A stretch of 56,299 nt of DNA, taken from NCBI GenBank assembly GCA_029261695.1, contig JAJDAV010000113.1, positions 1-56,299 on the forward strand, read 5' to 3'. This DNA comes from Nitrospinaceae bacterium. Lineage in GTDB: Bacteria; Nitrospinota; Nitrospinia; Nitrospinales; VA-1. The translations under genes were made by a program, and so were the position numbers. Shown here in pieces: positions 16,781 to 25,819 of the stretch. Positions within the stretch are counted from its first letter, which is position 1; each line of letters starts with the position of its first letter. The notes beneath the pieces were generated by a model. It was not told the origin of the DNA. It searched no databases and saw nothing but the letters and a program-made list of their open reading frames with translations.

Positions 16781-18020
16781 GAACAAATTCATCAATTCCT
16801 TCCAAACGATCGTTCCTTTTACCCTGTTTGTTTAAAAAGAATTTTGAATTTTCTAGCTTGATTTTATGTTTCAGCTTTGGAAATTGATCGCTCAATGCTT
16901 GTACAAGTTTTTGACACCCGTTACTTAAAACATCTGTTGTGGGCAATCCAAGCTGCAGCTCATAATCTTCTGTGATTTGTAGAACCTCTTGTTCATTCAT
17001 ACCTTCGTGACTTAAGGTTATAGCTATTACCTTGGTTTTAGAAATCGTTTCGATAAGCTTAATTTCACTTTCGGGAGTTGGCATAACCAAGTCTGGAAAA
17101 TCACAACGAAACTTTCTGGCAGGTGGATGCTGAAGGATTACTCCATCTGGCATACTTCCCTTTAAGATGCCGATAGAACTTAAGAAGGCGGGGTGACTGA
17201 TTGCACTCTGCCCTTCTACTAAAATAATGTCAGGACTTTCATTTCTAAATGCTTGAACAACAGAGCTTTCCACTTCACCGACCAGAAATTGGGAAATAAG
17301 AGCATCTGTGGTTACACCATATTTTGCACCCTGCATCAAACTGGTTTGGCCGGTTGCGACGAGTATCGACTTAACGCCGAGATTGTTAAGAGTTTCATTG
17401 AGTTCAACAGCTGTAGTCATTTTTCCACAAGCGCAATCAGTGCCTAAGACAGTAATGACAGGCACATTAACTTCAGATATTTTCCCCGTAAAAAGGTGCA
17501 AATCTTTTAATGGAGGGGGCTTTCTGATGTCTTTTATTTGGACACCGTTTAGAGCTGCTATATGTGAAAGCTCAGGGTCTTGTGTGAAAAACTCATGCAA
17601 ACCATTAATGATATCCATTCCATTTATCATGGCCTCAAGAATCAGGAGTCTTTCTTTTTTGGAAATAAATGTTTCCAAAGGGGCTTTACCATAAATGTAA
17701 CAATCCGGTGTATAGGAAAGGCTCTCTAAAGCATCATTTAAATCGGAAAAAATGGGAACACCATTTTTTCCTTCCCCTAACTCTTCTCCCGCATCCTTGC
17801 CAGCCAATGAACTATCAATAATCCCAACAATACAGTAAATTTCAGAATGTCGGACTAATGCCGCAGCCGTTTTTCCGTCTACTAAACCAAATTGTTTTTC
17901 ACAGTAAACCAGGGCCTTTTTTCTATGAAAATTTTTGTCTTTATCTTTTTGCTCCCATTTCTTTTCGGTAAATAGTGTTTTGTTTTCGATTAGGTTCTCC
18001 ATTCTATGTTTAATATGCAT
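16773..18020 (-). CDS. DUF1611-family protein (P-loop-like; DgcN-type family)
   Basis: 415 aa. The N-terminal part GKTAAALVRHSEIYCIVGIIDSSLAGKDAGEELG and the core VITVLGTDCACGKMTTAVEL match the DUF1611 pattern as I remember it. Confidence 0.72.
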   Translation of the reverse strand: MHIKHRMENLIENKTLFTEKKWEQKDKDKNFHRKKALVYCEKQFGLVDGKTAAALVRHSEIYCIVGIIDSSLAGKDAGEELGEGKNGVPIFSDLNDALESLSYTPDCYIYGKAPLETFISKKERLLILEAMINGMDIINGLHEFFTQDPELSHIAALNGVQIKDIRKPPPLKDLHLFTGKISEVNVPVITVLGTDCACGKMTTAVELNETLNNLGVKSILVATGQTSLMQGAKYGVTTDALISQFLVGEVESSVVQAFRNESPDIILVEGQSAISHPAFLSSIGILKGSMPDGVILQHPPARKFRCDFPDLVMPTPESEIKLIETISKTKVIAITLSHEGMNEQEVLQITEDYELQLGLPTTDVLSNGCQKLVQALSDQFPKLKHKIKLENSKFFLNKQGKRNDRLEGIDEFVHA

Positions 18021-18150
18021 TTATTTTCTTTCGCGACATTTTTGAATCGCAGACTCTGGTTTTTAACAACGTTTTGCTTTCAGTACGAAAAGAATGACGC
18101 TTTCTAAATTTCATCCATGGAAACTTTGATTTTTTTGGCGATCCCCTTCA

Positions 18151-18462
18151 TTAATGTTTTTCAGTTCGTTCCCCTGTAGGCCGCCCACTTAACCTTCTGT
18201 CAAGGCCAGAGATAGTCAATTTAATATCATTGACAGAGGATTCGATATAACCCAACACTCTTTCCACGTTAGTTACTCCATCTAGGGTTTGGGTGGCCAC
18301 CTTATTATTTGAAAAGCAATTGCTTTTAATTATCTTAGTTTTATTTGTAGAGTTTTCCACGGCTAAAGCTGGAGTCGGATTGATCCATGGATTTAAACCA
18401 TTTAGAAGCAAAGCTAGGGTAAGGATGGTCATTATGAATTTTGTATACTTATCTATAATCAT
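18151..18462 (-). CDS. hypothetical small secreted/membrane-anchored protein
   Basis: 103-aa ORF with the N-terminal hydrophobic segment FIMTILTLALLLNGL...ALAVE. No recognised domain. Confidence 0.4.
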   Translation of the reverse strand: MIIDKYTKFIMTILTLALLLNGLNPWINPTPALAVENSTNKTKIIKSNCFSNNKVATQTLDGVTNVERVLGYIESSVNDIKLTISGLDRRLSGRPTGERTEKH

Positions 18463-18721
18463 TTTTTCTCACTTATTTTGAAAATATTATTTGTTTTCCC
18501 CAAAAAATTTTATTTTAGGTCCAAATAGATTTTGATCTCCACTTGGCAGGCTTTCATTTTTAAGGACTTCTTTAGTTTTCAGAAATTTTCTAAAGGAGAG
18601 TTTTAAATAAAAAATGTACGGTCTCGTTCTTTAAAAACTCCTTCCTTATTTAAGGGGCGTTTTAACGCCTTTTTGATCTGGTTCTGGCAAACGATTACTT
18701 GCAAAGTGAAATACCTGGTTT

Positions 18722-18907
18722 TTAATTACTAGGTATTCTAGAGATTTCTTGACTTTTGACGCGCTTCCTTCCAAGCCTCCCAAACCTTTTATTTTTACTA
18801 AAAATCAAAGGATTTTCAATTTGCTGCTCATCTCGTGCGTTTAACGCTTTTATTGAGATCACTTTCTTCAATTTACCAAAGCTGTCGAAAATCTTAACTT
18901 CGTGCAT
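18722..18907 (-). CDS. hypothetical small basic protein (61 aa)
   Basis: The track ORF is 18722..18964. The internal ATG at 18907 is preceded by GAGG at a 7-nt spacing (cgaGGttatttcATG). The C-terminus is Lys/Arg-rich. No recognised family. Confidence 0.3.
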   Translation of the reverse strand: MHEVKIFDSFGKLKKVISIKALNARDEQQIENPLIFSKNKRFGRLGRKRVKSQEISRIPSN

Positions 18908-19323
18908 GAAATAACCTCGTTTTAATGTGTCGGACTCGTTAGGGACGGGCAAAAAAAAAGCCACTCCAAAAAAGGAATGGCAAAATAAAAAGCCCTTTAC
19001 AGTATTTAGTTGTCTTGCTCGAATAAGAAATTGGAGGAAGTAACTTTAAGTCTATCCTCATTGGTTAGAATTACAAGAATATTCTAATTAATTAATTTTA
19101 ATCTCTGCCTAAATTAGCCATTAACCCTATCCTAAGCTAAAGCTGAGTACATATAACCCCAACCGTTGAATTTATAGGGTTAGAGTAGGATCAAAAATTA
19201 AATGTGATGAGGGAGCTTAAAAATTCTTTTGAGGAAAGAGGGTGCGCATCAACGGAGAAATGTCGAACCGAAGCGAAAAGTTTCCGCCAAACATTGGCAA
19301 GCGCTCCCTTCCACGGGAATGAA

Positions 19324-19410
19324 TGGTGCCGGAGGTCGGAATCGAACCGACACGAGGTTGCCCTCGCAGGATTTTGAATCCTGTGCGTCTACCAATTTCA
19401 CCACTCCGGC
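19324..19410 (-). tRNA. tRNA-Leu (anticodon CAA), 87 nt with long variable arm and encoded CCA
   Basis: The reverse complement reads GCCGGAGTGGTGAAATTGGTAGACGCACAGGATTCAAAATCCTGCGAGGGCAACCTCGTGTCGGTTCGATTCCGACCTCCGGCACCA. Features: acceptor GCCGGAG/CTCCGGC, anticodon stem CAGGA/TCCTG with loop TTCAAAA, and T-arm GGTTCGATTCC. Confidence 0.93.
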
Positions 19411-19510
19411 ACGCTAGGTCTATCAAATTGCCAAGCCGGGAATATACCATACCCTCAATTCGGTTGGCAAAACTTTCCGTTCACCGGGCAAAACACATAA
19501 ATGGGAAGGG

Positions 19511-21322
19511 TTAGGAAGCCTCTTTGGGCAGCGAGTTCAGCTTGCCCCCTTGGTATAAATCGAGAAGTTTTCGTATTTCACCGGCCTCTTTCTGGTTTGG
19601 GTCCAGAGCCAGAGACCTGGAGAAATAGAGCAAGCTTTCCTTCAGATTCTTAAGATGATAAAAATGCAATATTCCTAAATTTTTAAAAACATGAGGGAAT
19701 CTAGATTCAATCTCAATGCATTTTTTAAAATAGGCATCTGCAAGTTTCCACTTTTTCTGTGCTAAATATATTTCACCCAATTTGGCATACGTTTCCGGAA
19801 TTTTGGGATCGAGCTGCAATGCTGTTTGAAAACGAACAATGGCATCTTCGACTCTGTCATCTTTTAAATACAGCTCACCCAAATTATAATGAGTAACAAA
19901 TATTCCATCTCCTTTCGCAAGGGATTCTTCATAGAATCGGACGGCATCTTTATTATTCCCCTCAATACTATGCGCTCTTGCAAGATTAATAAGAGGTCGA
20001 ACTTTATCTGGCGATTTTTCATAAGTGTCTTGCCATAAGGATAACTCGGTCTTCCAAATTTGATTTCTCTCAATACTTAAAATCCCCAGCAAAAGAGTAA
20101 ATTCGCATAAAATTAAAATTCCCAAAACAGATTTATCAATAATTTTAAAATCGGAAATACTTTTCACACATTGGAATACGCCCAAGACCAGAACAAAAAC
20201 AACACCGGGCAAGGCCAGATAAACTCGGTGCTCAGCAGCAAGGTCATGCAAGGTGATAATAGAAGAGGAGGGAGACAGAACAATAAAATACCAAGCTAAA
20301 AAGAAAAGATAAAAACGCCATGCCTCCTGCTTCCAAAAAATATAAAACATCAGAGCAATAGAAGCTATCCCTGCAATAAAACTAACGGAAAAGAGTTGAG
20401 TCACAACTTCAATATCGGGATCGATATTTAAGTTTACGGGAAACAGTATTTTCTTGAGATAGTAAAACACAACCACCGCGGGTTGACTGAGAATGTAGCT
20501 TGCCCTGCCAACCATTTCATCGGGATTAGAGGGTCCAATCAGGAAAGTTTCGTCCGATAACAGCTTGTAAAAAAGTAGGCCAAGGAAGATTGACACACTT
20601 GCAATGATCAACCATTTCCATTTTAAAAGATTTTTAATTATGGGAGCATCTAAGGGACAAACAGCTATGTAATATAAAAATATAATAAGAGGAAAGGTTG
20701 CCAGTGTTTGCTTAACGCTGAACCCAGCCACTACCAGGAAAACAATAGCTATAGGCAGAACATATCTTTTAAGCGGTTGCCGCTTCGTGTTCGAATCCAG
20801 ACAAACTTGGAATAACAAGAATCCCAAAAGATAGAAAGTTGAAGCAAAAATTTCTGATCGACTGATAATGTAAACAACAGATTCTGTTTGGATTGGATGA
20901 ACAAGAAAGATTACTGCCACAAAAAATGAAATGGCGACATTATTTCCATCCGCGCGAACTTGGTTTTTAAAATTTATCAAAGCCTTTTGAGAAACACAAA
21001 AAATCAGAATTGCGTTAAGAATATGCAAAGAAAGATTAAAAACATGATAGCCAAAGGGACGCAGCCCATCAAGATAGGCATTAAATGCCATAGAAATAGA
21101 AAGCAGGCCTCTTGAAAAAAAATCTGAAACCCAAAACTCTAGATTAAGTATGGATTCTGGATTCTTTAGGTTTAGGTTATTTTGAATATAGGGAACGCTA
21201 TCGAATTGAAAAGTATTGTGTAAATGGTTTCCATATATGAGGACGCCGATTATGACAAGAGCGAAACAACAATATATTCTGGATAACCATGTTGAAGAAT
21301 TATCAAAAACCTTTGAATTCAT
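19511..21322 (-). CDS. GT-C-fold membrane glycosyltransferase-like protein with C-terminal TPR repeats (TMTC/DUF1736-like), paralog 1
   Basis: 603 aa. About 420 aa form a polytopic N-domain with first-loop FQFDSVPYIQNN and the conserved HDLAAEHRVYLALPG. The C-terminus carries TPRs (AIVRFQTALQLDPKIPETYAKLGEIY...). Confidence 0.8.
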   Translation of the reverse strand: MNSKVFDNSSTWLSRIYCCFALVIIGVLIYGNHLHNTFQFDSVPYIQNNLNLKNPESILNLEFWVSDFFSRGLLSISMAFNAYLDGLRPFGYHVFNLSLHILNAILIFCVSQKALINFKNQVRADGNNVAISFFVAVIFLVHPIQTESVVYIISRSEIFASTFYLLGFLLFQVCLDSNTKRQPLKRYVLPIAIVFLVVAGFSVKQTLATFPLIIFLYYIAVCPLDAPIIKNLLKWKWLIIASVSIFLGLLFYKLLSDETFLIGPSNPDEMVGRASYILSQPAVVVFYYLKKILFPVNLNIDPDIEVVTQLFSVSFIAGIASIALMFYIFWKQEAWRFYLFFLAWYFIVLSPSSSIITLHDLAAEHRVYLALPGVVFVLVLGVFQCVKSISDFKIIDKSVLGILILCEFTLLLGILSIERNQIWKTELSLWQDTYEKSPDKVRPLINLARAHSIEGNNKDAVRFYEESLAKGDGIFVTHYNLGELYLKDDRVEDAIVRFQTALQLDPKIPETYAKLGEIYLAQKKWKLADAYFKKCIEIESRFPHVFKNLGILHFYHLKNLKESLLYFSRSLALDPNQKEAGEIRKLLDLYQGGKLNSLPKEAS

Positions 21323-21330
21323 AAATACTT

Positions 21331-23259
21331 TTATTTTATTTGCGCTAAGGAGAATTTTAACAACTCCCGGGCATTAGCATTTTGGGGTTGCAGCTTGACA
21401 AGGTTTTCCAAATGAGGAATAGCATTTTCATACTCTCCACTTTTTAAAAAAATAGCCGCAAGGTTATTATGAATAGTTGGAATGTCGGATTTTATTTCCA
21501 GAACTTTTTGAAACTCAATTTTTGCTCTTTCCAGCGCTCCCAAATTCCAAAATATCGTCCCCATATTATTATGAGCCTTGTAATGTTTTGGGTCTATTTG
21601 AAGAGTTTTTCGGAAATGTTTTAGGGCAGAATCAAACTGTTTTAGATTCTTGTAAGAATTTGCAAGGTCGAAATGATAATCGGCCATGAAGGCATTCATA
21701 CTGATAGCTTTTTTAAAATAGGGTATGGCCTCTTGAAATTGGTTTAAATTATTTCTAGCTAATCCTGCATAATAAAAAGTGTCCGATTTTTTTGTCCCAA
21801 GTGAAATTCCAAAATCAAATTTTTCGATGGCCTTTTCCCAGTTCTTTTGCCGACCCGCAATATGACCTAAATTAACATGGGAATCGATTTGTAATGGCTT
21901 TATCGCCAAAGCCGCCTCAAGAGCAGTTTTGGCTTTTTCAAGTTGGCCAGCCCCCATATAAGCGGCCGCCAGATTATTATGAACCAAAGCCTTGCGAGGA
22001 GATTTTTCTGCAGTGTCTTCCCAAATTGATATTTCCGAACGAAAATCGAGAGATCGATTTAGAGTTAGGGTTGATGTCAGTAGAATAAATATTATAAATA
22101 TTGTTCGTGTTATTCTTTGACGATCCCTTAAATTTATAAATACACATCCCAAAAACAAACTGAATCCTAACCCCGGCAAATAGGTCCGATGCTCAGTAGC
22201 CAATTGCTTAAGAGGAATAAAACTGGATGTGGGAAGGAGGGTTATGAAAAACCATAAGGCACCCAATTTTATGAGATAGGATTTTTGCCTATAAATAACA
22301 ATTCCTGCAAGAAAAAGAATGATCAGAGAAACAAACCAATCCCAATGAAACCAAGTCATATAAATAACTATATCTGGCTCAAAATTTAAACTGAAGGGCA
22401 CAACCAGTTTGAGCAAGTAATAACCGACAATGACTTTGATTTGGCTTAGCAGGTAAAGCATTCGATGTGTATCTTCTGATGTCGGGTCGGCCTTTAGTGA
22501 AAACAGATTGCCCTGCTGAAAATATCGATACATCAGAAAAGCGAACAATAAAAATAAAATCCCTGCAATTTTTGGTAATAAGGTTTTCTGCTTTTCTTTT
22601 GGCGTTGCCAGCCAGAGATAGACACTGGCTAGCAATGGAAAAGAAGCAACAATTTCCTTAGTGGCAATTCCTAAAAATAAAACCACTAAAAGCCCAAATA
22701 CAAGGAATGGAGTTTTATATTTCGACTCATCCTTTCTCTCGGGTTTTACAATTTGCACAAAGATAAAGAAAGCCAGCAGATAAAAAAATGTAGCCAAAAG
22801 TGATGAGCGGCTGGATATATAAGTTACTGTTTGGATGGTTAATGGATTCACTAAATGAATCATCGCGCAAATGATGGGCAGTCTATTATTCCAGTTTCGA
22901 TTTGCTTTTGGCTCTATGCGCAAAATTTCTGCAACAAGAAAAAACCAAAGGATGGAGTTGAGTATGTGGATTAGCACATTTGCTAGATGATAACCAAAAA
23001 CTTCCAATCCACCTATATCCTGATTGATGGCAAAGGAAAGCAGAAGTATAGATCGATTAAAAATATTTTGAATGCCCACCTTTTCCTGAAATTTACTCAA
23101 GTCCTTTATGTGAGGATTTCCAACTATTGCATGGGTGTCATCATAAAGAAATGGAGATTGAAGCGTTCCAAAAAACACCAGCAACCCCATAAAGGAGAGA
23201 AAGCAGACTGTCTTAATCTGATTGGCAAAAATATATTTATTTTGTAAAGGCTGATTCAT
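21331..23259 (-). CDS. GT-C-fold membrane glycosyltransferase-like protein with C-terminal TPR repeats (TMTC/DUF1736-like), paralog 2
   Basis: 642 aa with first-loop FLYDDTHAIVGNPHI, KQLATEHRTYLPGLGF, and at least 6 C-terminal TPRs. Confidence 0.8.
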   Translation of the reverse strand: MNQPLQNKYIFANQIKTVCFLSFMGLLVFFGTLQSPFLYDDTHAIVGNPHIKDLSKFQEKVGIQNIFNRSILLLSFAINQDIGGLEVFGYHLANVLIHILNSILWFFLVAEILRIEPKANRNWNNRLPIICAMIHLVNPLTIQTVTYISSRSSLLATFFYLLAFFIFVQIVKPERKDESKYKTPFLVFGLLVVLFLGIATKEIVASFPLLASVYLWLATPKEKQKTLLPKIAGILFLLFAFLMYRYFQQGNLFSLKADPTSEDTHRMLYLLSQIKVIVGYYLLKLVVPFSLNFEPDIVIYMTWFHWDWFVSLIILFLAGIVIYRQKSYLIKLGALWFFITLLPTSSFIPLKQLATEHRTYLPGLGFSLFLGCVFINLRDRQRITRTIFIIFILLTSTLTLNRSLDFRSEISIWEDTAEKSPRKALVHNNLAAAYMGAGQLEKAKTALEAALAIKPLQIDSHVNLGHIAGRQKNWEKAIEKFDFGISLGTKKSDTFYYAGLARNNLNQFQEAIPYFKKAISMNAFMADYHFDLANSYKNLKQFDSALKHFRKTLQIDPKHYKAHNNMGTIFWNLGALERAKIEFQKVLEIKSDIPTIHNNLAAIFLKSGEYENAIPHLENLVKLQPQNANARELLKFSLAQIK

Positions 23260-23270
23260 ATAAATTTATT

Positions 23271-25547
23271 TTAATTCGAATCCAAATTCATTATTTTTTC
23301 CAATATCATTACTTTCAATCTTTCGTCCTTATTTAGTTTTAAGGACTGGTCATATCTTTCTCTGGCTTTTCCAATATTCCCTTGCGCTGCAAATGTGTCC
23401 CCGAGCAAAATCAGAGTATTTATGTCTTTTGGATACATTCTCCAAGACTTTTCAAAAAACAACTGTGCATTGGCCCAATCTTTTAAGTTTAAATAATTAA
23501 AACCAACCTGGGTAAGCACGGAAGGATTTGGACCTGACACCGCTATATAATTTTCAAATTTGTCAATGGATTCCTGCCAACGCATTTGTTTTTGTTTTAC
23601 TAATGCAAGGTTAAATAAGGCTGGTTTGAATCTAGTATTTAAGTCGAGACATTTTAAGAAAAACTTTTCTGCCTTATCCAGTTTACCCTGCATCATAAAA
23701 GCCGTTCCCAGATTAAATTGTGCCGGGAGCAAAGAAGGGTCCAGTTGTATAGCCAGCTTCCATTCATTAATAGCTTGCGAAATCCTTCCTGTCTTGCCAT
23801 AGACTTCGCCCAAATTTAAATGTGCCAACGGAAGAGGTTTTCCGTCATTTTTGGAATTCTCGCCGTCTATTGCTTGGCGATAAAGTTTTTCAGCCTTTTC
23901 AAAATTTCCTTTTTTGTTATAGACAGAGCCCAACCCGATTTTTGCCGAGGAATGTTCCGGTCGAAGAGAAAGCGTTTTAAGATATTCACTTTCCGCGAGA
24001 TCTATTTTACCTTGATCCAAATAAATACTGGCGAGGTTATAGTGAGGTTCAACAAGCTCAGCGGCTATTCGGAGATTTTGGTTTTCGGAGCTAAGATTAT
24101 CTGGATTATTCTTTCTTTTAAGAAAGTCATCCACATTTTTCAGGTTAAACTTTGCCTCAATAAATTTGGGTATATTTTCAATACTTTTTTCAAAATGGTA
24201 ACCCGCTCGGTCCAAGTCCCCATTTTCGAAATAAGCTTTCCCAAGATTGTTATGCGCCCGAGATGAAGATGGATTTTTTCTCGCCACGTCTTCCCACAAA
24301 CTTATTTCATCGACCCAGGCATTATTCCTTGTAATGGTTGACAAACTAAAAGTAATTACCATAAAAGCTATAAAACTCATTCGCTGGAAAGAAGGGAGTT
24401 GGGTAATCACCCAACCAACCACCATGCAAAGCCCCAATGTCAAAGGAAGATAGGTGCGATGCTCAACCGCCAAATCATTCAAAGGAAGAAAACTGGAAGT
24501 AGGAGCCAGTGTTATAAAAAACCATGCAGTTCCAACCAGCACCCAAGCGTTTCGAGATTTGATGGCAGCTGCCCCCAAACCAAAAATAATTAAAGCCGCA
24601 ATTAAAATGAAAGGATCTTCGTTAATTGAATTGAAGGGCGTGCCACTATCTACACTTAAATTAAAAGGAAATATGAAAAGCTTTAAATAGTAGAAAACAA
24701 TTATCTTTATTTGAATAAAAAGATAAGGTAATTGACCGTATAACTCCATCCCCTGATCTTTTGCGTTGTATATCCAGGATTTCCCCAATAAGAAGAAGGC
24801 TGAAATTGCAACCAAAGTAAGCAGCAAATAGGCCCAGTTTTTTTTCCACAATACTTCCATACTATTTCTTGAATAAATAAAAATTGAATACCAGAAACCC
24901 ATCAACAGCGGTAAGGTGGCGGAAATCAGTTTGGAAGCAAGGCTTAGATACATTGTCAACGCAATTACAGGAATTAAAGTCAGGCGGTTTTTTAATAAGC
25001 CCTTGTCAGGACAAAATAAATTTAGAAAAAGGTACAAAGAAAATAAATAGAAAAATGTTGCAAGGACAGATGATCTAGATGAAATGTAGGATACGGAATC
25101 TGTATTTAAAGGGTGCAGTGAAAATATCAGGGCGGTTATGAATGGAAATATCCAAATGTTAGCTGAATCTTTTACTCTAAAATAACTATCGTCCGCGTTT
25201 TTTGAATTTCTTATAAACGAAGAGGTTTTTAAAACAGAAAGAAAAATTAAAAGAGTGACTCCAATATGGAGCAAGAGGTTGAACAAATGAAATCCAAATT
25301 CTTTGTTTTTCCCCAGGGAGTTGTTCAGTGCGTAGGTCCAAAGCAGAACCGGTCTATTTTCAAAAGAAGATAGCTTTACAAAACGATTGAAAGAATCCAG
25401 ATTTTGAATCCAATGATTACTGATCAATGGAACATCATCGAACTGGAAAGAGCCTTGAAGCGAATTGAAATATATCCCGGTGCTGGATATTACCAATAAC
25501 AAAATGCAAGCAAGCTGTTTTTGTATTGCTTTTGGAATCAATGTCAT
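23271..25547 (-). CDS. GT-C-fold membrane glycosyltransferase-like protein with extended C-terminal TPR array (TMTC/DUF1736-like), paralog 3
   Basis: 758 aa with first-loop FQFDDVPLISNHW, NDLAVEHRTYLPLTLG, and a TPR region of about 340 aa. Confidence 0.8.
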   Translation of the reverse strand: MTLIPKAIQKQLACILLLVISSTGIYFNSLQGSFQFDDVPLISNHWIQNLDSFNRFVKLSSFENRPVLLWTYALNNSLGKNKEFGFHLFNLLLHIGVTLLIFLSVLKTSSFIRNSKNADDSYFRVKDSANIWIFPFITALIFSLHPLNTDSVSYISSRSSVLATFFYLFSLYLFLNLFCPDKGLLKNRLTLIPVIALTMYLSLASKLISATLPLLMGFWYSIFIYSRNSMEVLWKKNWAYLLLTLVAISAFFLLGKSWIYNAKDQGMELYGQLPYLFIQIKIIVFYYLKLFIFPFNLSVDSGTPFNSINEDPFILIAALIIFGLGAAAIKSRNAWVLVGTAWFFITLAPTSSFLPLNDLAVEHRTYLPLTLGLCMVVGWVITQLPSFQRMSFIAFMVITFSLSTITRNNAWVDEISLWEDVARKNPSSSRAHNNLGKAYFENGDLDRAGYHFEKSIENIPKFIEAKFNLKNVDDFLKRKNNPDNLSSENQNLRIAAELVEPHYNLASIYLDQGKIDLAESEYLKTLSLRPEHSSAKIGLGSVYNKKGNFEKAEKLYRQAIDGENSKNDGKPLPLAHLNLGEVYGKTGRISQAINEWKLAIQLDPSLLPAQFNLGTAFMMQGKLDKAEKFFLKCLDLNTRFKPALFNLALVKQKQMRWQESIDKFENYIAVSGPNPSVLTQVGFNYLNLKDWANAQLFFEKSWRMYPKDINTLILLGDTFAAQGNIGKARERYDQSLKLNKDERLKVMILEKIMNLDSN

Positions 25548-25819
25548 CGAACCGCCAATGAAGAAAAAACTAAAAATTGCCTTGAGGGCATATTTTCTAC
25601 AAAAACTCGTTTAAATCCGAATAAGTTTCATTATTTATATATCGTCGATTTCAAAATAATTGATTAGCTGATTTATTTCAGATAATTTGCGAAATATTAA
25701 TGCTTTTCAATTTAGGGTACTATAATGTATACTATTCCGGCTTAAAATGAAAAATATATGACACTAAAAATAAATTATTGCAAATTAGTTATAATTTTAA
25801 CAAATTTATATAAAAGTTT

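Noticed and set aside
18544-18560. TGGCAG-GCTTT-CATTT, resembling a sigma-54 -24 box
   Set aside because: It has no GC dinucleotide at the -12 position and no plus-strand gene downstream.
18590-18675. Possible plus-strand sRNA or leader: AAGGAGAG, a 6-codon mini-ORF (MYGLVL), and a GGCG-TTTTAA-CGCC hairpin followed by T5
   Set aside because: The hairpin has only 4 strong base pairs. I could not find a convincing promoter, and the mini-ORF is trivially short. It is worth a look only if RNA-seq shows a discrete transcript.
19217-19514. Track ORFs 19217..19450 (-), 19229..19417 (+) and 19323..19514 (+)
   Set aside because: They overlap the unambiguous tRNA-Leu gene and its flanks, so they are artefacts of ORF calling.
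23560-25078. Plus-strand ORFs antisense to GT-C/TPR paralog 3, and similar ones in paralogs 1 and 2 (for example 21477..21689, 22987..23247)
   Set aside because: They are shadow ORFs in AT-rich coding sequence with no motifs or SD sequences.
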